From NCBI GenBank assembly GCA_033762295.1, contig JANRLW010000092.1, forward strand, positions 1 to 18,788: DNA of 18,788 nucleotides, written 5' to 3'. The stretch comes from Capsulimonadales bacterium (GTDB lineage: Bacteria; Armatimonadota; Armatimonadia; Armatimonadales; Armatimonadaceae). The notes under the pieces are model-generated. The model saw only the letters and a program-made list of their open reading frames with translations. It made no database searches and was not told the origin of the DNA. Shown here piece by piece: positions 10,343-18,788 of this stretch. Each line of letters starts with the position of its first letter. Position 1 is the first letter of the stretch. The position numbers and the translations under genes are program-made.

Positions 10343-11245
10343 TTATTGCGGCGCATTGACGAGCCAGCGTCTGGCGACTTCGTTCACCCGGGCGGGATCG
10401 GTCGTATACAGTTCTCCCGGTCGGACGAACTTGGAATGTCCGTCGCCGAAAACAGCGTTCGCTCCGCCGGTATGCTTGCGCCAGGCTCGATACAGCGGGT
10501 CGCTCGGCGTCGCCAGTGTCATGAGCGGAAAGAGCCAGCTATCCGCCACGTCGCCGGTCAGATAGCACCAGTCGATCTCGCTGTTGTTCCAGGGGCCACA
10601 ACCGTAGAAATCGCCATAGAATTCCTTGCGGCCATCGATCATCAACACGATATCGGCGGGGAAGGAAGCGGCGGCCAGAGCGGTAGGGCCCGTCATGTCA
10701 CCGAAGGCGGGCCCGAGCGTCATCAGTCCGCGCGGCTTATCCACCCCGAACAACCCGTCGGCCCGGAAACTGCCCGGTGAAAGCGCGTTGACCATGTAGG
10801 AGATGGCGCTCGGACGACGGGTCAGTTCGAATGCGGGGTTCTGGCCGTTGTAATAGACGGCGTCGTAGGTCGTGCTGTTCGGATCGCTCGGACAGACATA
10901 CAGGCCGAAGTTTTTGATGTAGGGTTGGATGCACTTGCTGCTGCTCCAGGAGTACGCGGCACCGAAGGGGACGCTGAAATCCCAGAACTGGGAGTGCGGG
11001 AAGGTTTCGTCGTAATCCTGGATGTACATCTGCACGGCGAGTCCCAGCTGCTTGGTATTGGAAAGGCAGGACGTCTGCCGGGCTTTCTCACGCGCCTGGG
11101 CGAAGACAGGGAAGAGAATCGCAGCGAGAATCGCGATTATGGCGATGACGACGAGCAGTTCGATCAAGGTGAATCCGGTCGTGAGCGGCGAGCCCACGCT
11201 CGCACGACAGCGAGACCGGCTTTGCAGGGTACGGCGGCGTTCCAT
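10343..11245 (-). CDS. Prepilin-type N-terminal cleavage/methylation protein with H-X9-DG motif (DUF1559-like), copy B
   Basis: ATG 11245 after [49 protein letters not shown], and [12 protein letters not shown]. Confidence 0.92.
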   Translation of the reverse strand: MERRRTLQSRSRCRASVGSPLTTGFTLIELLVVIAIIAILAAILFPVFAQAREKARQTSCLSNTKQLGLAVQMYIQDYDETFPHSQFWDFSVPFGAAYSWSSSKCIQPYIKNFGLYVCPSDPNSTTYDAVYYNGQNPAFELTRRPSAISYMVNALSPGSFRADGLFGVDKPRGLMTLGPAFGDMTGPTALAAASFPADIVLMIDGRKEFYGDFYGCGPWNNSEIDWCYLTGDVADSWLFPLMTLATPSDPLYRAWRKHTGGANAVFGDGHSKFVRPGELYTTDPARVNEVARRWLVNAPQ

Positions 11246-11330
11246 CGTTTTGAATACTCCTGTGTTTTCGAATCGTTTCGGTGATACATCCTTTTGGCTC
11301 CGTCCTTGGCATCCACGCGGCGATAGCCCT

Positions 11331-12362
11331 CTACGCCGGCGCGGCGGTGGCCCCGCACGAGTCCCGGACGGTGAGTGAAACGGGCAGTATCGGCTGTCGT
11401 TCGACAACGGGACGCCCTTCGATCAGAGCGATCAACATCTCGGCAGCCGTTCTTCCCATCTCGGCGATCGGCATCCGCACACTGGTCAATTTTGGCTGGG
11501 CCAGACCGGCGAACCAGGTATCGTCATAGCCCACGACGGCGATATCGTCGGGGACGCGGCGACCCTGATGCCGTATGGCCCGAATCGCCCCCTCGGCGCA
11601 CAGGTCGCTGGCGGCAAAAACGGCGGTCGGGTGCCGGTCCGCCGGTCCGTCCAGCAGTTCCGACATCGCCCGATAGCCCCCCTCGCGATCGACTTCGGTA
11701 GGCACCACCATGGAAGGCAGTCCCGCCTCACGCAACGCCCACTCGTAGCCGGCCCGTCGTCCGTGGCTGGTCGCGATATACTCCGGCCACGACAGATGGG
11801 CGATCCGACGATGGCCGAGGGCGATCAGGTGCTCGGTCGCCAGAGACCCACCCCGGAACTCGTCGGCGTTGACGGCGAGGACCTCCGGGTCGGTCGGGTT
11901 ATAAGCCAGAGCGACATACGGGAAATCGAGACGGCGGCAGGCGGCGATGACGGGGCTCTCGGGCATCGGCAGCACCAGTAGAAGCCCATCGATCCGGGAA
12001 TCGATCAGGTCGTCCGGTTCCGCCGTATTCCATCCGTCCCCGGTCGCGGTGTGAAGCATGATGTTATGCTTCTCCCGCGCGACCTCCTCGAAAACCCCGG
12101 TCATGACCAGCGAACAGAACGGGTCCTGCCCGAAAAAGCCGCCCGGATACGGGAAAACCAGCCCGACAATCCCCTTCCTTCCGGTCGCCAGCCCCCGTGC
12201 CAGATGGTTCGGCCGGTAGCTGAGCGCCTCCGCCGCCTCGTAAATACGCTGGCGCGTGGCCGGACTGACGCGAATCCGTCCGCTTCCGTTTCCGTTCAAA
12301 ACGGCGGACGCGGCCGCCACGGAGATTCCCGCTGACTTCGCCACATCGCGAATTGTAGACAT
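11331..12362 (-). CDS. LacI-family transcriptional regulator (cassette B)
   Basis: [36 protein letters not shown] hinge, and sugar-binding domain ([27 protein letters not shown]). Confidence 0.95.
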   Translation of the reverse strand: MSTIRDVAKSAGISVAAASAVLNGNGSGRIRVSPATRQRIYEAAEALSYRPNHLARGLATGRKGIVGLVFPYPGGFFGQDPFCSLVMTGVFEEVAREKHNIMLHTATGDGWNTAEPDDLIDSRIDGLLLVLPMPESPVIAACRRLDFPYVALAYNPTDPEVLAVNADEFRGGSLATEHLIALGHRRIAHLSWPEYIATSHGRRAGYEWALREAGLPSMVVPTEVDREGGYRAMSELLDGPADRHPTAVFAASDLCAEGAIRAIRHQGRRVPDDIAVVGYDDTWFAGLAQPKLTSVRMPIAEMGRTAAEMLIALIEGRPVVERQPILPVSLTVRDSCGATAAPA

Positions 12363-12386
12363 GTTTCGCCTTGTCAAAAGCCCTTT

Positions 12387-12404
12387 TGATTAACCGCTTA
12401 ATCA
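12387..12404. promoter_or_regulatory. LacI-type operator TGATTAACCGCTTAATCA
   Basis: 18-bp near-perfect palindrome with central CG, located between the promoter and the lacI-B start. Confidence 0.8.
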
Positions 12405-12415
12405 GCCTCGGATTT

Positions 12416-12444
12416 AGTATAGCGATACCTCCCCGGACTGTCAA
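12416..12444 (-). promoter_or_regulatory. Sigma70-type promoter for cassette B
   Basis: TTGACA-N17-TATACT on the minus strand. Confidence 0.85.
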
Positions 12445-12461
12445 TACGGAAGGAGGAAAGA

Positions 12462-12500
12462 CAGGACAAGAAACCCCTCCCGACGAGGTCGGGAGGGGTT
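12462..12500 (-). terminator. Intrinsic terminator ending cassette A
   Basis: AACCCCTCCCGAC-N3-GTCGGGAGGGGTT stem (12472-12500) followed on the minus strand by a pyrimidine-rich tail (TCTTGTCCTGTCTTT). Confidence 0.75.
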
Positions 12501-12543
12501 CGGAAACGGCGCTACCGGGGTTCGGGCGGTCCTGCCCGGCGAC

Positions 12544-13218
12544 CTAAATCGCGTCCTCGGCGCCAGCGGCCCAGAGGAGGCCACGGGTGCAGAGAGCGAG
12601 GACTTCCGGCTGGGCGACGATGTTCGCCTGGTGACCGAGGGCGTTGTAGAAGACCCGCCCCTCACCCCAGTACTTCGTCCAGACCGTCGGCATATCGACC
12701 GGGCCATTCTTCCGATGCGGGCCGTCCGCCACCGGGAAGCGGGTGGTTGCCAGAACACGAACCGCAGGGTCGACATGCAGGTAGTACTGTTCGGAACGCA
12801 CGGTGAAGACCGGGGGCACTCCCTGTGTGATGAAGTGATCCGGGTCCCGGATCTCGACCGTATACTCCACCCCGTCGTTGCCGGGGTGCGCCACCCACTG
12901 CCCGCCGGTCATCCACTGGTACTCGGTGTTGTTGCGGAACGAGTCGCACATGCCGCCGTGACAGCCGCCGATCCCGACGCCCGAGCGGACCGCGTTGAGC
13001 AGGTTCCGCTCCTGCTCCCCGCTGATCGTTCCCATCGTCCATACCGGAACGATCAGATGATATTTCTGCAAATCCTCCTCCAGATAGGCATCCAGAGTAT
13101 CGGAAACGGTCACGTCGAAACCGTGCCGGGTCAGCGTCTCCCGGAAGATTTCGGCGACCTCTTTCGGTTGGTGTCCATCCCACCCGCCCCAGACGATCAG
13201 GGCGTTTCGTTCGGCCAT
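12544..13218 (-). CDS. ThuA-like (trehalose-utilisation domain) protein
   Basis: ALIVWGGWDGHQP, GIGGCHGGMCDSFR, GGQWVAHPG, SEQYYLHVDP, and WGEGRVFYNALGH. Confidence 0.88.
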   Translation of the reverse strand: MAERNALIVWGGWDGHQPKEVAEIFRETLTRHGFDVTVSDTLDAYLEEDLQKYHLIVPVWTMGTISGEQERNLLNAVRSGVGIGGCHGGMCDSFRNNTEYQWMTGGQWVAHPGNDGVEYTVEIRDPDHFITQGVPPVFTVRSEQYYLHVDPAVRVLATTRFPVADGPHRKNGPVDMPTVWTKYWGEGRVFYNALGHQANIVAQPEVLALCTRGLLWAAGAEDAI

Positions 13219-13296
13219 ATTGCTTCCAAGCTCCTTCGCGGGACCGTTCCCGGCCCCCCTCTCCGGTTCTCCGCTCGAAACCGCGAATCCTGCCGA

Positions 13297-15252
13297 TCAG
13301 ATCGGGAACGTCCGGTAGCCCGGAACGTCGAAGAGGGTGTAGAAGAGCGCGAGTCCCCCGGAAACGGCATAGTCGCCCAGGATCAATCCGAAGAAGAACG
13401 GCAGCGCGGCGCGATATCCGCGCATCCCCCCGTAGCGCAGGACCACCGTTTTCGCCAGCCAGCCGATCAGCATCGGCAGCCAGAGCCACTGCATCGTCCA
13501 CGTACAGGCGACAACATAGCCGATGGGATGCAGACTCCACCCGGCAAACGCCGTTCGCAGGGCCGCCAATCCCCAGACCGCCGTCATTCCGAAACCGACG
13601 GCCCCGATGCGATGCCATGCGGTGGGCCGGGTATTCGACAGCCAGTGGTTCAGCAGGGTCGGGAACTTCGCCCCCTGCGCCGTCCGCTGCAGTCCGTTGT
13701 CGCCACCGAAAGCGTAGTAGAGATAAAGCTGGCTGACCCATCCGGCGATCAGTCCGACGATCAGGGCCACCAGCAGGGCGACGGCCAGACGCCGGGCGTG
13801 CAGACCCGCCGCGTCCGCGATCTTCCATGCCTCCGTCTGATACGGCATCTGCGTCGAGCGGTAGTCGTTGTCCATCCAGAGCAGGAGCGAGAAACTTCCG
13901 AGCGCCTCGCGGGGCCAGTGCGCGGTTCCCACCGCCTCCACCGTAAATCCGTTCAGATTCATCGGTGGCCCGTACCCCCACGGAACGCCCGCCTCGGCGC
14001 GTATCCGCGCAAACCCGATCACCAGCAGCAAAAAACACAGAAAGAAGGCGAACGCGGCCAGCGGTGGCACTCCCAGCACCACCCCGGAGATCACCAGCGC
14101 GGAAAAGCAGACGCCCAGCCCGATCCAGGCCGTGCGGTATCCGATCGCCTCGTCCCGATCGTCGCTGCCGCCCGCCTCTCCGATCGCCGTCCGCCAGGTG
14201 CCGGCAAGATGACGCCGGGCCAGGAACAGCGACAGCAACGCGAGGCCCAGAAATCCGCCCACACTCTGATCGCCGAACAACGGCGGCGTTTTCGTGTTCC
14301 AGAGGTCCGCCCCGTCGCCGTCGTTCCAGCCGAGCGCGAACGTCAGCACCGACAGAAGTTTGATCAGCCAGTAGCTGAACCAGCAGGAAAACGAAACCTC
14401 CACCGACAGCAGAAAGGCCAGACCGATCACGAACGGATAGAAGGTCAGGCGCAGATAGCCGACACCGGACCAGGGTCTGCCGACAAACCATCCCTGAACC
14501 TCCGGCATGTCGTTCGGCTTGATCGGAAAGAACGGCAGGGCGGGCAGAAAGGTGTAATGGAGCGCCGCCAGCCCCTGCAACACGACGGGAACGGCGATCC
14601 CGATCAGGAACCAGGGGTTCTTTCCAAGCGGGATCGGACCGCCGCCGACGCCGCTCGTGCCGCCGAGTACCTCCAGAGGAAACTGCACCAGCGGAAACAA
14701 CAGCCGTTCCCGCTCGATCCATTGCCGCCGCAACAGGACGGAAAGGCAGAACATCGCCCCGAACAGGGCCAGCAACAGCGCGGTCCAGAAGGCGATCGGG
14801 ACGGCCCAGGCGTGAAGATGGCTCTGCCAGTCCGCTCCGCCCCGGTAAAACGCCTTCACCGCTTCCGGGTCGGTCACGCGCGCCCAGGCCGGCACCAGGT
14901 AGTCCGAATCCTTCCACCGTCCGGTCCCTCGCGCCGGAAGCGCGGGCACCAGCCACTGGAGCATCCCGATACCGCACGGCGAGACCCCGACCCCGCCCAT
15001 GGCATACAGGGTGAGTATCTCGCCGGGCCGGAGCGCGAACCGGGGTGCGAATCGATGCAAAAGCGAATTGACGCCGGAAATCACCAGCACGGCGAACATC
15101 ACGCACAGGATGATGGACGTCGAGATCATGTCCGGACCCGCCGCCTTGATCTCGACATACTCCGCCCAGGCGACCAGCACGGGCACCAGGACCGCGCCCA
15201 GAAGAATCGCTCGCCCGGTCACGCCCTCAGGAGACGGCGAGGGACGGTTCAT
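13297..15252 (-). CDS. Polytopic membrane protein, DUF6785/DUF6784-like putative (OPT-related) transporter
   Basis: Many hydrophobic helices. Motifs GVTGRAILLG, RRQWIERERLLFPLVQFP, ARIRAEAG, WSLHPIGY, and LRYGGMRGYRAALPFFFGLILGD. Confidence 0.75.
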   Translation of the reverse strand: MNRPSPSPEGVTGRAILLGAVLVPVLVAWAEYVEIKAAGPDMISTSIILCVMFAVLVISGVNSLLHRFAPRFALRPGEILTLYAMGGVGVSPCGIGMLQWLVPALPARGTGRWKDSDYLVPAWARVTDPEAVKAFYRGGADWQSHLHAWAVPIAFWTALLLALFGAMFCLSVLLRRQWIERERLLFPLVQFPLEVLGGTSGVGGGPIPLGKNPWFLIGIAVPVVLQGLAALHYTFLPALPFFPIKPNDMPEVQGWFVGRPWSGVGYLRLTFYPFVIGLAFLLSVEVSFSCWFSYWLIKLLSVLTFALGWNDGDGADLWNTKTPPLFGDQSVGGFLGLALLSLFLARRHLAGTWRTAIGEAGGSDDRDEAIGYRTAWIGLGVCFSALVISGVVLGVPPLAAFAFFLCFLLLVIGFARIRAEAGVPWGYGPPMNLNGFTVEAVGTAHWPREALGSFSLLLWMDNDYRSTQMPYQTEAWKIADAAGLHARRLAVALLVALIVGLIAGWVSQLYLYYAFGGDNGLQRTAQGAKFPTLLNHWLSNTRPTAWHRIGAVGFGMTAVWGLAALRTAFAGWSLHPIGYVVACTWTMQWLWLPMLIGWLAKTVVLRYGGMRGYRAALPFFFGLILGDYAVSGGLALFYTLFDVPGYRTFPI

Positions 15253-16024
15253 ACTCGTGGGCGCGATCGAAAGCGATCAGATTTTGAAACAGAGCCTGGG
15301 CGCGCGGACGGAACTTCGGCAGGAAGTCCGGCGCCAGCATCCAGGGACGGGTGCTTCTGCCGCCGTAGGGTTCGTCCTTCGGTTGCAGGTTGAAATGCAG
15401 GGTCCGTCTTCCCGCCTGCGGCAATGAACGGCCCCGGTGCAGCGTCATCGCATTCATCAGCAACACGTCGCCCGGTTCGCAGATTCCCACCACCTCACCC
15501 GGCAACGGGTCCGTCCCTTTTCGCACGACGGCTCGTTCCTGCTCGGTCAGGGGCCGACGATGCGAACCGGCGACCGCACGAAACGAATCATCCGGCCCGA
15601 GGGCCGAGTTGAACTGAACATGGGTCGTGCGGCCGGACGGATCGAAATACGTCTCGTCGTCGCCGTCCCGGTGCCAGATCAGGTCGTAGGTCTCCCGCTC
15701 CGGACTCCAGAGAGCGTGTCCGCCCCAGAAGCGCATCTCCGGACCGAGAATCGCACCGATGGTGTCCAGCAGACGATCATCGCTCAGGTAGTCCGCGAAA
15801 GCCTGTTCGTACAGGGTCGGCTGGAAGACATCGCCGACGCCCCAGATGTCGGTGCGGCTTGCCGAAACATACCGGGTTCGAAAATCGCCGGGCGACATAC
15901 GCACCCGGGTAATGACGTTTTCCAGCCCCTGGCGCAGGGCGGGCAGAAGGGGATCGGGAATCAACCCCCGGACGACGATAAAGCCGACGTCCCGGAATTC
16001 CTCAACCTGTGTGGAAGTCAACAT
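15227..16024 (-). CDS. Phytanoyl-CoA dioxygenase (PhyH) family Fe(II)/2-oxoglutarate dioxygenase
   Basis: MLTSTQVEEFRDVGFIVVRGLI start, HxD (WHRD), GSHR, PGDVLLMNAMTLHRG distal His, and RRTL. AGGAGA SD upstream. Confidence 0.88.
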   Translation of the reverse strand: MLTSTQVEEFRDVGFIVVRGLIPDPLLPALRQGLENVITRVRMSPGDFRTRYVSASRTDIWGVGDVFQPTLYEQAFADYLSDDRLLDTIGAILGPEMRFWGGHALWSPERETYDLIWHRDGDDETYFDPSGRTTHVQFNSALGPDDSFRAVAGSHRRPLTEQERAVVRKGTDPLPGEVVGICEPGDVLLMNAMTLHRGRSLPQAGRRTLHFNLQPKDEPYGGRSTRPWMLAPDFLPKFRPRAQALFQNLIAFDRAHEYEPSLAVS

Positions 16025-16038
16025 AATGGGTATCTCCT

Positions 16039-16072
16039 GTCTCCCGACCGGTGTTCGGCCCGGTCGGGAGAC
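16039..16072 (-). other. Intercistronic stem-loop between pilin A and PhyH
   Basis: Perfect 13-bp stem GTCTCCCGACCGG / CCGGTCGGGAGAC with an 8-nt loop, directly abutting the PhyH SD. No U-tract. Confidence 0.8.
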
Positions 16073-16119
16073 CGCATCACGTCCTCAGGACGTTCGCAAC
16101 GGACGATGCCGGTCGATAG

Positions 16120-17073
16120 CTACTGCTGGAAAACGTCGAACATATCCCCGACCGGTGCCGACAGGGTCGCCTCCTGCTGGGCGGCGCGAAGGACGTTGTT
16201 AAACACCGCCTCCCCGCGCATCCACTTGGCGTGCCCGTCCATGTAGAGCATATTGGCTCCGCCGCTATGGCGGTAGGAGACATGGCGGCAGGCGCGCGCC
16301 GGTCTCCCGGCGGCGGTACACTCGGGCGAACGAACTGCGGGAGCGTTCGTCTCGTAGACGGCGGTCGTCGCTTCGGCGCTGCCACCCACCGCTCCGATCG
16401 TCCACTGCATCCGTCCCGACTGTGTCGCGCCGCCGGACAACCGCAGATGGAAACTGAACTCGCCGTTGCTGCCGCCCGGGCGGCGATAGTTGCCGTTATC
16501 GGTCAGCCACGCCGTATCGGCCGGCCGATTGACCACCGCCAGTGCGGGACCGCCCCGTGGACAGATGTTGCTGTCGGGCGGGCAGTTCAGCGCGGCATCC
16601 ACCAGGATGTTATAGTCTACAATCGTGGAGGCGGGCAGGTAGTTGATCTTGTAACGGTCGATATCCCCCTGCGTGCCGGTACGTACCAGGTTCTCCTCCG
16701 GTTTCGCCGAGGGGCAGACATAGATATGCCCTGCCGAGTCGTCATCGTTCTGAAACCCGATCTTCCCGGAGGACTTCTGGACGTACGGCGGGAGCTGCTG
16801 CCACCACCAGACACCGTTGGCGAACCGGGTATGGATATTGCCGGGAAAGATCTCATCGTAATCCTGAGCGTACATCTGGGTGGCGACCCCCAGCTGTTTC
16901 AGGTTGGAGAGACAGGTGGTCTGACGAGCCTTGTCACGGGCCTGAGCGAAGACCGGGAAAAGAATGGCGGCCAGAATGGCGATAATGGCGATGACGACGA
17001 GCAGTTCGATCAGCGTGAAGCCAGCCGTCGGCAGGGCGGCCGACGAGCGCCGACAACGGCGTGCGGATAACAT
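16120..17073 (-). CDS. Prepilin-type N-terminal cleavage/methylation protein with H-X9-DG motif (DUF1559-like), copy A
   Basis: [54 protein letters not shown], and [12 protein letters not shown]. Confidence 0.92.
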   Translation of the reverse strand: MLSARRCRRSSAALPTAGFTLIELLVVIAIIAILAAILFPVFAQARDKARQTTCLSNLKQLGVATQMYAQDYDEIFPGNIHTRFANGVWWWQQLPPYVQKSSGKIGFQNDDDSAGHIYVCPSAKPEENLVRTGTQGDIDRYKINYLPASTIVDYNILVDAALNCPPDSNICPRGGPALAVVNRPADTAWLTDNGNYRRPGGSNGEFSFHLRLSGGATQSGRMQWTIGAVGGSAEATTAVYETNAPAVRSPECTAAGRPARACRHVSYRHSGGANMLYMDGHAKWMRGEAVFNNVLRAAQQEATLSAPVGDMFDVFQQ

Positions 17074-17092
17074 AGCGGCGTTTTCCTTTCTT

Positions 17093-17133
17093 GTTTGATG
17101 GCGGACACCGGCCGGACCGGGGCCGCGTCAAAC
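17093..17133 (-). other. Imperfect intercistronic stem-loop just upstream of the pilin A SD
   Basis: Nested pairing GTTTGA/TCAAAC, GCGG/CCGC and CCGG/CCGG. Confidence 0.55.
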
Positions 17134-17158
17134 GGTAACGGACGGACGGTAACGGACT

Positions 17159-18175
17159 TCAGGTGGTCGTCCCCTGAAGCAAAGTGACGGGTAACGGAGT
17201 CTCCTCCGGTATGATCTCCCCCTCGATACGACGGACGAGAAGGCGAATGGCAGTCCGGGCGACATCGCCCCAGGGCGCGCGAATCGTCGTCAGGTTTGCG
17301 ATACGGGTGCCATCGATCGCGACGCCGTCGAACCCCACCAGCGCCAGATCCTCCGGAATGCGCAGACCGTAACGTTCGCACTGACGGAGCACCCCGCCCG
17401 CGCCGACGTCGGACCAGCAGACCACCGCCGTCGGGCGATCGCGCTCCGGGCCGGAAAACAGGCGACGTATCTCGTCGCTTCGCCAGTCGGGAATACCCCA
17501 GTCCGGCGGCGTCAGGTCGTTCACCGCCTGCGTGATGACGCGCAGTCCCCGCCGTTCCGCCTCGGCGACAAACGCCCGGTAACGCCGTTCGCAGGAGACC
17601 GGGGGGCGCACGCGGGCGAAGTACAGGACGTTGCGATGTCCCCGCTCGTGAAGATGCGCGGCGGTCATCGTTCCCCCGAGAACATCGTCGGCGGTCACCG
17701 ACGGGATTCCGGGGACCGCATCGGCGACGGCGACGACCGGCAGGCGAGATTCGCGCAACAACTCGATCAGGGGGTCATCGGGGAAGAGCAGGATCGCCAG
17801 TCCGTCCGCCCGACAATCGACCAGGCCGGCATAGGTCTCGGCGGTCGTCTTGCCCTGAAACGCGCCGTACAGCAACAGGTCACGACGCGCCTCCAGACAT
17901 CCCGCCTGAAGTCCGGCGACAATCTCCGCATGGAACCCGCTCAGCAAGGTGTCATGCCGGTAAAACCCCAGGGTATTGGTTTTGCCGCCGAGAAGCGAGC
18001 GGGCGATCGCATTGGGATTGTAGTCGAGTTCGCGGACCGCTTCCAGAATGCGACGACGGGTATCTTCCGAAACCCGTACGTGAGGATGATTCCCGCTCAG
18101 GACAGCGGACGCGGTCGCCTTGCTGACGCCCGCCTTTCTGGCCACTTCCTGCAGGGTTACATTTCGTTTTTCCAT
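17159..18175 (-). CDS. LacI-family transcriptional regulator (cassette A)
   Basis: VTLQEVARKAGVSKATASAVLS HTH, YNPNAIARSL hinge, IPEDLALVGFDG, and LTTIRAP. Confidence 0.95.
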   Translation of the reverse strand: MEKRNVTLQEVARKAGVSKATASAVLSGNHPHVRVSEDTRRRILEAVRELDYNPNAIARSLLGGKTNTLGFYRHDTLLSGFHAEIVAGLQAGCLEARRDLLLYGAFQGKTTAETYAGLVDCRADGLAILLFPDDPLIELLRESRLPVVAVADAVPGIPSVTADDVLGGTMTAAHLHERGHRNVLYFARVRPPVSCERRYRAFVAEAERRGLRVITQAVNDLTPPDWGIPDWRSDEIRRLFSGPERDRPTAVVCWSDVGAGGVLRQCERYGLRIPEDLALVGFDGVAIDGTRIANLTTIRAPWGDVARTAIRLLVRRIEGEIIPEETPLPVTLLQGTTT

Positions 18176-18207
18176 AGACTGTCCGCTTCGACAACCTTGA
18201 TGGCTCT

Positions 18208-18236
18208 ATGATAAACCGGTTTGTCATCTTTGTCAA
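18208..18236 (-). promoter_or_regulatory. Sigma70 promoter with overlapping LacI-type operator
   Basis: TTGACA-N17-TATCAT on the minus strand. Palindrome ATGATAAACCGGTTTGTCAT (18208-18227, one mismatched pair, central CG) covers the spacer and -10. Confidence 0.85.
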
Positions 18237-18261
18237 CCCTTTTTCGTATTTTTCCGGCGCG

Positions 18262-18299
18262 ATACAAAACGGACCGCCTCCGTGGTCGGAAGCGGTCCG
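18262..18299 (-). terminator. Intrinsic terminator after the helicase gene
   Basis: CGGACCGCTTCCG-ACCA-CGGAGGCGGTCCG (one G-U pair on the minus strand) followed by TTTTGTAT. Confidence 0.8.
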
Positions 18300-18318
18300 C
18301 AACATTGATTCGCGCGAT

Positions 18319-18788
<470 letters not shown>

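Noticed and set aside
8094..10565. 823-aa plus-strand ORF with RSAG repeats
   Set aside because: Shadow of the glycosidase and lipoprotein genes; the repeats are the antisense reading of the GGP tail.
11246..11407. N-terminal extension of pilin B in the ORF track
   Set aside because: It overlaps lacI-B; the SD (AGGAG) and a short basic leader support ATG 11245.
12631..15393. 920-aa (+) and 814-aa (-, 12662-15106) ORFs
   Set aside because: They overlap well-supported ThuA and transporter genes and have Arg/Gln/Gly-rich off-frame composition.

Overview
GC-rich bacterial window in which every credible gene lies on the minus strand. The '[31 protein letters not shown]...CLSN' pilin-like paralogs and the DUF6785-like membrane protein suggest an Armatimonadota-type genome (inference). 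In transcription order (right to left): the 3' end of an RhlE-like DEAD-box helicase with a terminator; cassette A (LacI, prepilin/H-X9-DG DUF1559-like protein, PhyH-family dioxygenase, DUF6785/6784-like transporter, ThuA-like protein, terminator); cassette B (LacI, prepilin/H-X9-DG protein, small Gly/Pro-repeat lipoprotein, GH50 agarase-like glycosidase); then mscS, an LsrG-like ABM protein, an 81-aa orphan and mdh; a ~600-bp palindrome-rich intergenic region; and cassette C (prepilin/H-X9-DG protein, membrane-anchored TPR protein, CRTAC1/ASPIC-UnbV lipoprotein, small membrane protein running off the window). The most notable pattern is that three separately regulated operons each have a constant-head/variable-body pilin-like protein as first structural gene. 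This is the position a solute-binding protein or SusC/D pair occupies in nutrient-utilisation loci. Clear sigma70 promoters, LacI-type operators, terminators and intercistronic stem-loops are visible. No mobile element, CRISPR, rRNA or tRNA was seen. All family assignments come from motif recognition by eye, not database searches.
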